A stretch of 64,000 nt of DNA from Scyliorhinus canicula. Lineage: Eukaryota. This document shows, piece after piece, positions 24,653 through 38,126 of this stretch; within the stretch, counting starts at the first letter, position 1; each line of letters starts with the position of its first letter. Location: contig NC_052171.1 in assembly GCF_902713615.1 (NCBI RefSeq), forward strand, positions 3,782,001 through 3,846,000, read 5' to 3'. Both the position numbers and the translations under genes were made by a program. The notes below the pieces were generated by a model. The model was not told where the DNA came from. It searched no databases and saw only the letters and a list, made by a program, of their open reading frames with translations.

Positions 24653-25343
24653 TGTTATGGGCCAGGGTTTAGAGAACCCCAAAGTGTATAATGGAATTCA
24701 CCTGACCCACAACTTTTAATAGATTGTGGTATGGGGAGCACACGGCCCACTCTACAGGTGTGGCACAGCAGAAATGGAAAAGTATTTTTTAAAAGCAAAA
24801 CAATGTTTATTCTATGAACTCAAGTCAACCTTTTAAAAACATACAGTGAACATCTTAGCAACCATTAATTCAAATACAACCCCAAAGAATACAACACTAA
24901 GTAAAGCTTAAGCTGTCCTTTTTCACATCCACAAGACTTTAAAAACCTTTAAAACAGAAACACATCAGGTTACAGTCACTACTGAGAGCAATTATGAGTT
25001 TTAAATCATCAAAAGATCAATTTATAGTTTTTAGATTACAGACAGAGAGACTAATAACCCTTCTGGCTGTGACTGCAGCTATCCAGCTCTGAAAAGTGAA
25101 ACTAAAACACACCCTGCAGCAAACAGCCTAAAACAAAAGTAAAAAGCAGACAGACAGCCCAGCTCCACCCACTCTCTGACATTACTTCAGTAGTAAACAC
25201 CCATTTCTTAAAGATACTCTCACTACAGATATTTATGTACATACCCATTTATAAACTCCTATTTCTTAAAGGTACTCACTACAGATATTTATATACATAC
25301 CCATTTAGAAACTCGCATTTCTTAAAGGTACTCTCACATGGCT
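24653..25343 (-). mobile_element. Solo LTR containing an internal ~59-bp tandem repeat
   Basis: Starts TGTTATGG; TTTATT (minus-strand AATAAA); about 2.5 copies of CCCATTTCTTAAAGGTACTCTCACTACAGATATTTAT.. at 25200-25340; no clear TSD. Confidence 0.65.
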
Positions 25344-26608
25344 ACTCAATGGTGGCCTTAGATGTGATGGATGATATCCGATGCACTTCCTGTAACTTGA
25401 AATGAGCATCTACCACGAGTAAAAACATGGGATCTGGGAAAGGCCTGGCCAAATCAGCGTGCTGTCATTCCCAAAGCCGGTCTGGACATACTCCTTATGC
25501 TCCTGGCATGTTGTACATTGTTGGGCCAGTCATTCAATCTCGTCATCCAGGCCTGGCCACCACAAATAACTTCTGGCCAGAAACTTCATTTTCAACACCC
25601 CTGGGTGTCCATTGTGCAGGTCCTTGAGTATGGCCCCTTGCCCTGGCTTGATACCACGATGTGAGCTCCCTCACTGGGGGATGCCATCTTCCACACTGAG
25701 CTCCTACGTCTAGGTGTCGAAGGCCCGTTGCTCTTCATGCAGCTTACCCTGCTGGCCTCTGTGCAAGATGATGTGGTGTATTTTTGCCAATACTGAGTCC
25801 TTTTGCGTCCAGTCGTATATCTGTGCGGCGATGACCGGCAAGAACCGGCAAGATGTTCAGAGGTTTAGTGTCAAAACAACCTTGTCAGCCCTTGGTGGGG
25901 ATTGGGGTTGTATCGACACCAGGAGCCAGCTCAGCGTATTCACATTTGGGATCTACATGCCTGGGTGATACAATGTTGATTGAGATGGCCTAAACCTCAT
26001 ACATTGAGTTACATACTCATACGCTGCTAGCAATAGGGCCCATCACTGCATCGGGACAATTGCAATTGGCGGGATCACCATATCCTCTTTAAAAAGCCCT
26101 AGCAATGGCTTGCGGTTTGCCACAATGGTGAATCAATGCCATGCACGTACGGATTTAATTTATTCACCCCAAAGATGACGGCCAGACTTTTTTAAATTTG
26201 GGCATAATTGCTTTCGGTAACGGTCAAAGTGCATGATGCATATGCTATTGGCCTCTCTTGTCTGTCAGCCATGTAGTGGGACAACAATTCCGTCAGGCAA
26301 GGGTTGCACATCAGCAAAAAGGGCTTGGAGGGGTCGTGATAGATCAAACCCCAACATCATTTGTTGCTTCTTTACCCACGCAAAGGCTTCCTCCTGAGGT
26401 GCTCTCCACACCCATTCTTGGTGCTTCTTCAGCAATGCGCGTAGCGGGGCAAGGATAGTCACTAAGCTAGGAATAGATTTCCTATAGTTTACAAGACCTA
26501 AGACTGACCGCAACATTGTCTGCGTTTTCTGGACTGGGGGCTTGTTTTATTGCTCGTACCTTCTCCTCAACCAGGGGTAGGCCATCTCAATCAACTTGAC
26601 ATCCCAAA

Positions 26609-26835
26609 GGGCAGCACGGTGGCCTAGTGGTTAGCACAACCGCCTCACGGCGCTGAGGTCCCAGGTTCGATCCCGGCTCTGGGTCACTGTCCGTGTGGAG
26701 TTTGTACGTTCTCCCCGTGTCTGCGTGGGTTTCGCCCCCACAACCCAAAAAATGTGCAGAGTAGGTGGATTGGCCAAGCTAAATTGCCCTTTAATTGGAA
26801 AAAATAATTGGGTAATCTAAATTTATTAAAAAAAA
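26609..26835 (+). mobile_element. V-SINE, short A-tailed type, inserted in Gypsy RT
   Basis: 15-bp TSD AACTTGACATCCCAA at 26593-26607 / 26836-26850. Confidence 0.92.
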
Positions 26836-28834
26836 AACTTGACATCCCAAGTACGTGACTTCCTTGCTGTAGAAAACGCACACTTCCCCTTTGAGGTGGA
26901 CACCTGTCTCGAAAAACTGATGGAGGACTTCCTCCAAGTTGCTCCTTTTCCGTTGCTTCAAGAACCAGGACGTCGTCCAAGTAGACTGCCACTTGCGACA
27001 GCCCCCCTTAGGATGTTCTCCATAATGCACTGGAAAATTGCATAAGCCAAAGATACTCTTGTATATTCATAGAGGCCCCAGTGAGTATTGATGGTCACAT
27101 AACATCTGGAATGAACGCCCAGCTCCAGCTCATATCGAATTTGGAGAAGGATTGACCCCCAGCTAACTTCACGTATAGATCTTTTATCCGCAGCATTGGG
27201 TATCTATTGAAAGAAGAGGCCTTGTTTATGGTCAACTTATAATCTCCACACAGGTGTACTGTTTTGTCAGGTTTTAGTACAGGGACTACCGACGTTTCCC
27301 AATCGGCAAATGATACTAGCTGGATGATACTGAGGTCTTCAAATTGGCTGAGGTCCTCTTCGACTTTTGCCAGTAACGCATAGGTGACTGGACGGGCCCC
27401 AAAGTATTTTGGTTGGGCTCAGGATCTACATATCCACGGCCCCCTTAATTTTGCCCAGGCCCTCCTAGAAGACTTCCAGGGACTTCCCCAAGGCCTCATA
27501 AAGTCCTCCGGTGCCCATCCAGGAAATTCATTGCCAGTCCAGCCAGAGGTGTTGCAGCCAGTCACGGCCCAGCAGATATGGTCCGGAGCCCCACACTATT
27601 GTTAACAGCAGCCTAATGGACTGCTGCCCATAAGTAACTGGGGTGATTTTCATGCCTGGCTAGGTCTCACACGTGTAGGTTGCTGGTCTTGCCTCAGCGT
27701 CTCACAAACCCAGTTGTTGAATTCCTATCCTGATTCTCTCCAAGGTCTGCCTTCCTATTACTGAAATTGCAGCCCCCTGTCCAGCTCCATAGCTAACGAG
27801 TGACTATTCCCTTGGACAATATTTCTGTTGGGGGTAACTCGTGACACGGCAATGCAATGTAATTTAATACACTCATCATCATCAGGTGTTCTAGGTGGAG
27901 GGCCCTGGCTCTGGGCTGACACCTCTGTGCGGCAGGTTTGCTGGCTGACCTGTGGTTTTCTATCTCTGCAGTTTCGCCGGCCACAAGTGTCGAACCTCCG
28001 TGGATCATCCTTCATCGATTCCGGGGAGGTGTCCCAGCTGGAGCCCTCGATCAACGGGCCTAATCCCGATGGTGTTCAGGTCAGAGTGGGGTTCCAGATG
28101 TCCCCATCCGAGGGGACGCAGTTCTTCTGAATGGGGCGACGTCCTATACTGTTCATCTCCATCCTTGACTTCCTCTGGAGTTCCTAGACTCCCTTGTCTG
28201 AGCTCTCCCGTGAGAGGGAGATCTTGATGACCTTCTTTAGGTCCAGCAATGGCTCAGCCAGCAATTTCTGCTAGGTTGCCTTTTATCCACTCCACATACA
28301 AGACAGAGCCGTAGCATTTTGGGTTGGGATGGCCCATAGTTGCAATACCCTGCCAAAAACCCGGTGATGGATTTCCCTGGGGTTCCCTTGGCCATGTTAA
28401 ATCGGTATTAGTGCATAATTTCCCTTTGCATTCTGTAAAAGCAAGGGGTGGCACAGTGAGGTTATAATTGGTTGGAGAGCACAACAGTTAGAAAATGGAC
28501 ACCTCAATGCAGAAGAAAACAGTGTGATGCCAATTAGAAATGTGGGTGGCCCTCTGAATGTATTTAATTTAGACGGAACGTCATGTTTTTATGAAATAAT
28601 TTCTCCACAGAACAGAAACTTCGAGAACAGAAGGAGGCCATTTGCCAATCATGTCTGTGCTGGCTCTTTGAGAGAGCAGTTCACGTTTACCATATATGGC
28701 CCCATTTCTTTCTGCAACCCTGCAAGTTACTCAACTTTACACTGCCTGTTGCCTGCATAAACGGCCGATGATGCCGTCAGTACATCACATGATCAAATTC
28801 TTAAACAGAGCTTGATCCAACCAAGCCCAAAGAG

Positions 28835-29010
28835 TTTTTTTAAATTTCGAGTACCCAATATTTTTTTCCAATTAAGGGCAATTTAGCCTGGCCTATCCAC
28901 CTAACCTGCACATCTTTGGGTTGTGGGTGAGATTCGCACAGAGAATGGCCACACGGACAGTGACCCAGAGCCGGGATGGAACCTGGGACCTCGGGGCCGT
29001 GAGCTGGAAT
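28835..29010 (-). mobile_element. V-SINE, short type, internally deleted
   Basis: Tail and B-box retained; part of the core missing. Confidence 0.8.
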
Positions 29011-29327
29011 GCAACTTCTAACCTCTCCTGTTGAAGCTATTGTTCCAAGGATTTCCAAAAGGGTTCTTAGCCTTTTCAGAACATATCAGATTTACTCTTT
29101 AGGGGTGGTTTTTGAGCAAAATCAGGTTACGATAATTCTTCTTGCTGTTGGTTTGTTCATTGGTCTTCAGATGCTGCTGTCCAGAGTGAAATAGGAAAGG
29201 AATATTGGTGTTGCAGACTGCACTCAGAACAATCCAACTCTTCTTACAGGGTCATCTGGAGGAACTCCCATTCAAACGTCCTTCATGAGTTTCTGTGCTG
29301 GCTCCTTTTGCTCTTGTGTTTGCCGCT

Positions 29328-29550
29328 GTTTTTTAAAAATAAATTTAGAATATCCAATTCATTTTTTCCTAATGAAGGAGTCATTTAGCGTGGCCAATCC
29401 ACCTACTCTGCACATCTTTGTGTAATGGTGGGGGGGGGGGGTGAAACCCACGGAAACGCGGGGAGAATGTGCAAACTCCACACGGACAGTGACCCAGAGC
29501 CGGGATCGAACCTGGGAGCTCGGCGCCATGAGGCCACCGTGCTAACCACC
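29328..29550 (-). mobile_element. V-SINE, short type
   Basis: Family match; its 5' end is fused to a TIR-element end (GGAGAATCCCGCCC, about 29576-29590). Confidence 0.82.
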
Positions 29551-29951
29551 GGATTGGCTCTCCCCGCTGGTTCGCGGAGAATCCCGCCCCATTTCTACGC
29601 TCTATTCCTCTATGTATGAAGCCCCTCGAAAGCTCACATGTCAGCATAATGTACATCACTGCCCGGTTTAATTACGCATGTCTTGGCCTTGCATGGAACG
29701 CAATCAGCTCTGCTTCCTTAAACCTGACCCTATGCAACATCACGGCAGCAACATGCAAAAGACCCAGAAACATCACAAAGAACAACTGCACATGCAAAAG
29801 TGCAAATGCATCCTAAACTAACAGTCAGATGACTGATTAAATGTTGGGTAGAACACTGGGGAACTGCACCTGTCCTTGAAGTGTGGGATTTTGCCTGTCC
29901 AGTCATACAGGTAGACAAGGTTGTGGTTTAACATCTCATCCAAAAGATGCC

Positions 29952-30138
29952 GGGTGGGATTCTTCGTCCCGCCAGCCCCATTTTCCGGCGTGGCACAGCC
30001 CCACTGGCAGTGTGATCCTCCGTTCCGGCAGCTGGTCAATGAGGTTTCCCATTTTGGGCATGCCACATCATTGGAAAATCCACAGGCATGGGTGCGCTGC
30101 CGGCGAAGCAAAGGATCCCGCCGATGGAGAATCCCGCA
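29952..30138. mobile_element. Short GC-rich TIR element inside a DeuSINE-like remnant
   Basis: GGGTGGGATTCTTCG ... GGAGAATCCCGC; similar to 48875-49052 and 5484-5668. Confidence 0.6.
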
Positions 30139-32639
30139 GGAGATGTCCAAAAATATCTAAACTGTGCATTTGAATGTCTGGCGTAGGACGTGAACCCAGC
30201 AATGGTCTGGCTCAGAGGCAGAGGCGCAGTCCGCTGAGCCAAACTGGCACGCAGTGAAGCGAGAGTGAAACAATGCACAGTCCCCATTCAAATAATTCCA
30301 GGGATTAATAAAGTCAGGAGTAAATGTGGCAGCATTGATGCAGGATGCCTCATGCGAGGACAGAGTCTGCTGAACTCTCACTGAGGGGGAATTCCTTGAG
30401 ATTACACTGAGGACTTGTGCAGGCGGATATGCAGCTGTGAGTAAGCATGGCACCAGCTGCAATGTTTGCAGACCTGGAGATTTGGGGACATTCCCAGAGA
30501 GGCAGACTCGAGCAAGAAGGCACTGGTCTGAATTTCAGAACAATCAAAGTCTTACTGTATGCATAGACACCTGACAAGAATATCCTGGACTATTGACCAG
30601 GGTTTAAGCACTTGGGTTCTGTCAGTGAAAAGATTCTTGTGATGGCCACAAGATGTTGTGGGCCTCAATATACAGTCGCCTGTCCACACACTTTCAGCAA
30701 ACAGAATTGCTGGGCAGGGTCACTCAAACCAAGCTCATGATCCGAGTTTTTTTTTGCTTTTTCTTGAAGCTGTACTTGTTCTCTGGTGCAGAGCACATAT
30801 CCGGCATTGAAACAAAAAAAAAAAGAATTGTTGATTGCAACGATGCACAGATATTGGAGGTTTCCTACTCAATGAAAATGAAGCAATAGTTTAGTCCTCT
30901 GATTCTCCTTCAGTTGAGATTTCTGCCTCCAGGGTAAAGTGTAGGTAAAGTGAATAGTGTAACTCCAGTGCACTACTTCAAGATAAATCTCAAGGGCAGG
31001 AGGTCAAACTGTCAAAACGCCCATCAAGGACGAACATTCGGAGGTTTCTCTTCACCCAGTGTCTCACTAAAGTCCCACTTCCATATTTAGCTGGTATTTG
31101 AGTTATTTTGGTGGGAGGGATGCGAAACATCTTCCGAATCAGTGCACCTCAGCATTCTACACTCTCAAGGCCTTTGACCATGAACCAGTAGCGATGTTCT
31201 GGTGTGGTGAAATGGGTTCCCGTGATGGGCTAACTCTGCGTTTCCAAGTACCAAATAGGACGCTGAGACAAATTTGCAGCATTAAAATTGGCATTACTAG
31301 TTTTCTGAGGCTGTAGACGGAATGGACACTTGCACCCAATGGGAATTACCCGGAAATCACGGGTGGCCTCTGTGCTGACAGTTACATACACACGCATGAC
31401 CATCTCAGGAATCAATCCATCATTTTTTTGGTCAGCTTTTTGTGCCAAAGGAAGAACCGAGAAGGGGGGGGGGGGGGGAGGGGGGGTGCAGCCTCCCGGG
31501 CTTGTACGATCAGCAACGCAGTAGGAGAGGAGGCCACTGAACCCCTCAAGCCTGTTCTGTCAATCGACGAGGTCGTCTCCTAACTTCATGTGTTTGGAGG
31601 ATTAAGTGGTGGTTTGTAAGCAACGGGATGATTCATAGCGGCCTGACTTTGTGACACAGTCAGAGCTGGCCACTGACAATCTTCTGAAGCTTGGCTGCAG
31701 TTCCAGAGTTGAAGTCAGCTCTGAGCTGGCCATATTGTAGCCTGTTGCAGGCCTCTTGAAAGGACACCTGCTTGTGGCTGTGAAATCAATTAAAATGTTT
31801 CATCTGGGTCTGGCAAACACTATGCACGGCTCTCCATTAATCCACGAAACCACTCAGTGTTTCACCAATCGAGTTTCCTTTCGCTGGGCGAGTTTGGCCT
31901 TTCAACATTTTTAAATAATGCAGCCCATTCAGGCTGAGTAATTAGCTGATGGATGCCAAGATGAAAAAAAAGTTTGTTTTTATAAAAGCCAGATGTACTT
32001 TTCAACAAGTCACTTTTTATACTCCCCCTCTTCACCCCACACCCCGCCCCCATTTCTACTTCCAGCTTTCCTCTACTCTGTGTGCACATGCCCCACTTGC
32101 CCTCCCCAGAAACCACACAACCTAATCCCTCACCAGAAGCCAATAGCAACGCTCTCTGGCCTCTCCTGACTCTGCCCCAACTTTGTTTGGATGACGTTGG
32201 AGTAATCAGTTTTGAGGATGGGCCCTTCAGCCCGTTCAAACCCAACATCCTAACAGTTGGGGAAAGACCTGATGTTTCTGAATCGGCATTGGGACTGGAC
32301 AACATGTGCAGATGACAAGCAGAGCCTATTCTTTCACAAAATGACTTGACGGACGCAACACTGTGCAATGGTTTCATCAATGAGTCACTGCAATTTAGTG
32401 TGTGCTCCCTGGGCCCTTCAAGATTGGCACCAACTGGAAACGTACCACAGCCTCAGTGGGTGCCCTCTACATACACACTGAATCAAAGGTCCATCAGGCC
32501 TACCTGCCACTACTCACCCTACCAAAATCAGGCTGACAACCATCTCTCGTGGCTTCAGAATGAACTGGGTCAAAAAGTGAAATTATTCCAGTCTATAATT
32601 TGGATGATAGTATTGTGTGTGACAGCAATGTGAGGAGAA

Positions 32640-33423
32640 GCATTTGTCAGACGGCAGGTGGCGGAGTTTCCACTGCTGCCCCCAAGGAGAGTTCAGGACA
32701 GGGTGCTCTCTGGGATGTGGGTTGGTGAGGGGAAGATTTTGGCAATCTACCAAGTGATGCAGGGGGGAGAGGAGGCCTCGATGGTAGAGCTGAAAGATAA
32801 GTGGGAGGAGGAGCTGGGAGAAGAGATTGACGAGGGGACGTGGGCGGATGCCCTGGGGAGGGTGAATTCCTCCTCCTCCTGCGCGAGGCTTAGTTTAATT
32901 CAATTAAAGGTGCTGCATAGGGCGCACATGACTGGGACCAGGCTGAACCGGTTCTTTGGAAGAGAGGGCAGGTGTGTCAGGTGTTCTGGGGGCCTAGCAA
33001 ACCACACCCACATGTTCTGGGCGTGCCCTGCGCTGGAGGGCTTTTGGAGGGGTGTCGCGGAGACGCTGTCAAGGGTGGTTGGTTCCAGGGTTGATCCGGG
33101 CTGGGGGGCTCGCAATCTTTGGGGTAGCAGCGGAGCCGGGAGTGCAGGAGGCAAAAGAGGCCGGTATTCTGGCCTTTGCGTCCCTGGTAGCCCGGCGTAG
33201 GATTCTTTTGCAGTGGAAGGATGCGAGGCCCCCGGGCGTGTAATCCTGGATCAGTGATATGGCTGGGTTTATCAAACTGGAGAGGGTCAAGTTTGCCCTG
33301 AGGGGGACGGTGCAAGGGTTCATCCGGCGGTGGCAACCGTTCCGAGACTTTCTGGCGGAGCATTAGAGGATGGTCATTTTCAGCAGCAACCCGTTTGGGA
33401 GGATTGGGGGGGGGGGAGGGGGG

Positions 33424-33458
<35 letters not shown>

Positions 33459-33634
33459 GGGGCTCGTTTTTTCCTTTATTGCGTATGTGTGTTTGTTCTC
33501 ATGTTAATTATTTTTGTTAATTTATTGCTTTTGTATTTGGGGGGGGGGGGGGTTACTGTTATCTCTCTTTTTCTTCTGTTGTTGTTGGTTAAAACTTGTT
33601 GAAAATTTGAATAACATTTTTTTTTGTTTTAAAA
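32640..33634 (+). mobile_element. L1-clade LINE, 5'-truncated (ORF2 C-terminal zinc-binding region and 3'UTR)
   Basis: KWEEELGEEI..W..LIQLKVLHRAHMT..CVRC...HTHMFWACP; perfect 16-bp TSD AGCAATGTGAGGAGAA at 32624-32639 / 33635-33650. Confidence 0.93.
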
Positions 33635-34265
33635 AGCAATGTGAGGAGAACTCCTCTGAAAACTATCAACAGGTGGTATACTGACAGATAATATAAAGAA
33701 TTCAGCCCTCTGAAATGCACATGTTCTTGGTCAATCTTCCACCTCAAATTCTCCTTGGTTCCCTTCATGTCCAGAAAATATGTTGTTATTGAGCGACTGG
33801 AATGCCACAGCCCACTAGGGTAGAGAATGGCAAAGGGTCACAACCCTCTGAGTGAAGGAACTGCGCCTCACCTCTCTCCTAAATGGGCGGCTGCTGAGAC
33901 TGTGACTTCTCTCGTTCTTGTCTCCCCAGCCAGGGGAAAGAACCTCTCAGCATCTCTCCTGTCAAGCCCTCTTGCAACTTTCCAGCTTTATTTTCACTGA
34001 TGCCCTGAAGTAAGTTTCTGCTACTTGGAAAACACATCCCCAATTCTTTATTTTCCTCTGTAGTTATGGCATGGGGGTACAGGATGCGAGCAACAAACCA
34101 GCATTATTTCCTTAACCATCTTTACCAGCAGGCCTAATTTTCTTTAGCTGGTGATGGAGGATGATCACACCAGAGAGCCGGCAGGCAGTCTGGGCTGGTG
34201 ACTGGAGTGGGATCACCCATCAGTACACAGTTGGTGAGGTGACCTTCAACATTGGGGTTCATCCT

Positions 34266-34547
34266 TAGAATCCAAACACTGCTGAAGGAGGCCATTCAAC
34301 CCATCGAGTCTGCACCGACTGTCTGAAAGTGCAACCTACGTAGGCCCACTCCCCGGTCCTATCCTCGTAGCCCCACCCATCCTGCACTGCTTTGGACTGT
34401 GGGAGGAAACCGCAGCACCCAGAGGAAACCCACACAGACATGGGGAGAACATGCAAACTCCACAGACAGTCATCCAAGGTTGGAATTGAACCCAGGTCCC
34501 TGGTGCTGTGAGGCAACAGTGCTAACCCCTGTGCCACTGTGCTGCCC
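34266..34547 (-). mobile_element. Long V-SINE (HE1-related)
   Basis: Head, V-domain and GAATGGCCTCCTTC tail on the minus strand. Confidence 0.85.
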
Positions 34548-34685
34548 TCTAAAATCTACCATTCTGCCGCCGTATTTATAGCAGTTGAGCTCTGCCATTG
34601 CTCCACTCTTACCTCCCTCTGTGCTATTTTAATGCAATCATTTCCACCTCCTCTGGATCCATCTTTTGTTTGTGGATTTGTCCCA

Positions 34686-35065
34686 TTAAAATTATGAAGG
34701 GAATAGATAGGATAGATGCGGGCAGGTTGTTTCCACTGGCGGGTGACAGCAGAACTAGGGGGCATAGCCTCAAAATAAGGGGAAGTAGATTTAGGACTGA
34801 GTTTAGGAGGAACTTCTTCACCCAAAGGGTTGTGAATCTATGGAATTCCTTGCCCAGTGAAGCAGTTGAGGCTCCTTCATTACATATTTTTAAGGTAAAG
34901 ATAGATAGTTTTTTGAAGAATAAAGGGATTAAGGGTTATGGTGTTCGGGCCGGAAAGTGGAGCTGAGTCCACAAAAGATCAGCCATGATCTAATTGAATG
35001 GCGGAGCAGGCTCGAGGGGCCAGATGGCCTACTCCTGCTCCTAGTTCTTATGTTCTTATGTTCTT
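34686..35065 (+). mobile_element. CR1 LINE 3' end (young)
   Basis: KIMKGIDRIDAGRLFPLAGDSRTRGHSLKIRG..FFTQRVVNLWNSLP; (TTCTTATG)n tail. Confidence 0.92.
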
Positions 35066-35673
35066 ATTATCATTCCGTTTTGCCTTGCACCTTTGACCCC
35101 CTCCTCTTTATATAGTCGCCACTGCCCTCCACCCTATCAGAAACCTTCCCTTTTGCTCTTTAGCTGACTGCACCTCCACGTCTCTCCACTCCCCCCCCCC
35201 CCCCCCCCCCCCCCCCGGGCCACAATAAACACCTCCCCCGGCTCTGCACTTGCTTAACTTCATCTCTTCACATCTTCCAGTCCTGCGGATTACTCATTGA
35301 CCTGCAACATGAACCCTCTGTCCAGATGCTCCCTGACTTGCTGAGCGCTTGCAGAATTTTCCGTTTTAACTTCAGATTTCCAGAGTCCTCACCTTTTGTT
35401 TCTTTATGACTGGCATAACGTACCAGACGTTAATCTGCTGTTTACCCTCTCCCTCTACTCCCTGTGCCTGGTGGCATCCTCATCACTGGAGGAATATTTC
35501 TTAATTTAGCGTGCACTGAAGGGGTTAGGAGAATATTAAAGAACAACTATGTTGCCAATAACCGTGAAAATGACTTGGGCAGAAAAATACTTCAGGTGGT
35601 TGTATGGAATGTTGTCCAGAGTTTCTGGCACTTTCTGAGCTGATCCGTGAAGACCACGTGAAATCAAGTTAGC

Positions 35674-35806
35674 TTGCACATTCTCCCCGTGTCTGAGTGG
35701 GTCTCGCCCCCACAACCCAGAAAGATGTGCACTAGGTGAATTGGCCATGCTAAATTGGCCCTCAATTGGGGAAAAAAAATTGGGTACTTTAAACTTACAA
35801 AAAAAA
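35674..35806 (+). mobile_element. 5'-truncated short V-SINE
   Basis: Perfect 16-bp TSD GTGAAATCAAGTTAGC at 35658-35673 / 35807-35822. Confidence 0.88.
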
Positions 35807-35934
35807 GTGAAATCAAGTTAGCGATGCAAGACATTTGAACATCTGTCTGAATCCCCCCCACCCCACTACAACATCTGTCTGTAACCCTGCGAAACACTGT
35901 CAGTCGCTGAGAACGAGGCATTGGCTTCTACTCA

Positions 35935-36370
35935 ACTGTGACTCAGCTGGTAGCACTTTCGACTTCGAAACAGAAGGTGGTAGGTTCAAATCTCACTCTG
36001 GAGATGAGAGTACAAAATCAAGGCTGATACTCCAATGCGGCACTGAGGGAGATAGAGGTAGTGTTTTGCTGCAAGAGGCATTGAACCAGGAACCCCCCGA
36101 CCACATGCCCTCTCCGATAAGCGTAAATGCACCATGTTGGAGAAGCACCGGGTGGTTATCCCCAGTGTCCTGGTCGACATTAATCGCTCAATCGGCATTC
36201 GAAACACAGATTATTTGGCCGTGAGCACTTTGCTGTTTGTCACAGATTGTTGCGTGCAAATTGACTACTGCATTGTAACAGCTGATAACACTACAAAAGT
36301 ACTTAATTGGTTGTGAGGTGCTTTGGGATGCCCTGAGATCGGGTTAGGTGCTTGGCAAATGGATTTTTTT
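35935..36370 (+). mobile_element. DeuSINE/SacSINE1-like, near full length
   Basis: tRNA-like head (GACTCAGCTGGTAGCAC..GGTTCAAATCTC), GGCTGATACTCCAATGCGGCACTGAGGGAG, and 3' GTGCTTTGGGATGCCCTGAG. Confidence 0.7.
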
Positions 36371-36401
36371 GCCTTTTTGTCCTTAATATAGAAAGCCACA
36401 T

Positions 36402-37350
36402 TATTACAAACCCAGGCCAGAAGGCAACAGTGGCGAGGATACTGGAACTCAATGACAATATGAAATATTTGTAAGACTGCGTAAAGAATGATTTGCTTGC
36501 TCCAGGAGTGATTGCATGAAGAAATAGGGCTTTGGTATTTTAAAAGAAAACTTTATCATGAATGCAATGTCAAACTTTTTAACTTCACACCCGAAATTAA
36601 TAGCTTATAATTACCCCTGAGCACCACTACTCAATTTCCCATTAAACCAGAAGAAAATAAACATACAGTTCTCAATCCAGCTTAAAAATCAGCTGGGCAT
36701 AGGCTAATAGTTGCTTTGCAGAACAGATTTGGGCCCCGGTTAGAACCCTTGCAGACTCTGGCTGAATGTCTTCAAATAGCTGCTTCAACTGGGTTGTTTC
36801 AGCCTTTTCCTCGTCTTCAGACAAAACTGCTCTGTTTTAAAAAATGATCAGTCTTTTTAAAACTATCCTATTGAGAAATAAAGCTGCCTTTACTTGTAGA
36901 CTCTGTGGGAGCCAGATTAAACCTCTTCAAAAGCTTTCTCAAGTATGTTTCCCAGGGTGTTTATTTGCTGTAACCTGTTGTGATACATGTTTGCAATAAA
37001 ATACATTAAAAAAAGGCTTTCTCAAAAAAAAAACTCTCTCTGATTCTCTTAGCTCCACCCAACAGTGACATCATCTCCCCAAACTGAAAAAAAATAACTT
37101 TCCAGGGACTGAAAGCACATCAACTCTCCAGGGACTTTCCCCAGTCAAACCACAATGCATTGACATAGACTGACAAATACATTCCGCTGTCAATTTCACC
37201 TTCTGGCTGCTAAAAGCTCCCAGGACCTGCAAAGCAGAATCCTTTTAAAATATAACCACTGTAGTCAAACACACTCCAACCACAGGCGTTTAACCCTTAA
37301 ATTGCCTAAGATTTAGAATCCAATATTTCTAATATCTTCCAGTTGTCACA
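36402..37350 (-). mobile_element. Solo LTR (~950 bp)
   Basis: T(A)TTAC...TGTCACA termini; 4-bp TSD ACAT at 36398-36401 / 37351-37354. Confidence 0.6.
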
Positions 37351-37866
37351 ACATAGTACGTTCAGGAAAAGGAACAAGAAGAAGAAACAAATTGACTTTT
37401 TTGTCACCTCTAGCTGGAACTAACACAACAGAGAGGACCTAGATTTCATCCAGTGCCTGAGCAGAATTAGTGTAACTGTGGTGAAGTGACGGGACGAGCA
37501 TGAGAACAGGAAGAGGAATTGACCAAGGTCTCAAGCCCTGACTGCATCTTGGTGATCTGAAAGAAGGATTTGCATTTGAAAGGTGACTTTCACGTCTCTT
37601 CCATGTACAATGTCATGACTTCAGAGGCGATGAGATTACTTTTTAGGTTTAGGCCCTGTCCTCGGCAGATGTGGCAATTGGTGCCGGGCAAGATGGCACA
37701 CATTGCAAAAGGACAATCAGATATTTTGTTTCTGCTGTTTAGCTGAGGGAGAAATGTTGGCTGAACACTGGGAGGATGCTCTGAATTTCCTCAAGTAGTG
37801 TTGCTGGATCTTACGCATCCATTTGGCTCAGCTCCTGCAGCTTCAGTCCGATAATTGGCTCGCCTC

Positions 37867-38126
37867 TGTGTTGTTCCTCGTGACTTAATAAAGCTCGTAG
37901 TCTCAAATGTGGAGAAGATGCTTTATTGTGAATTCGTTCTCTCTTCAGAGCTGTTACCTACGGCTACCTCAAGTGTTTCTACTGGTGTTGTTTGTGTCCT
38001 GCTCCAAGTTCTGCCCTCTGTGAAGTGTGTCCTCACTTCCTGTCCCCGTCTATTTATATGGCTCTCCCGTGCCCCCTCTAGTGTTTGCTCAGTTGTATTG
38101 CATCTAGTTAACTTGTGATCACCACA
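37867..38126 (-). mobile_element. Solo LTR (Gypsy-type)
   Basis: TG...CA termini; perfect 5-bp TSD GCCTC at 37862-37866 / 38127-38131; TATA and AATAAA on the minus strand. Confidence 0.85.

Larger units (their letters stand above)
24495..28270 (-). pseudogene. Gypsy (Mag-like) internal remnant gag-PR-RT-RH-INT with nested LTR and SINE
   Basis: AVYLDDVLV (RT), LRSVLGLVNY..LAPLRALLKK..W (RT/RH), HPSSTGLAERVVQTF (INT); 27650-28270 is homologous to 16100-16690. Confidence 0.85.

Noticed and set aside
25200-25340. CRISPR-like repeat array
   Set aside because: A simple ~59-bp tandem repeat inside an LTR with no unique spacers, in a vertebrate context.
35190-35216. Long poly-C/G runs (also about 2270, 40448, 48635, 53380) as functional G-quadruplex elements
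   Set aside because: Homopolymer expansions, mostly inside repeats, with unreliable lengths; no independent evidence of function.
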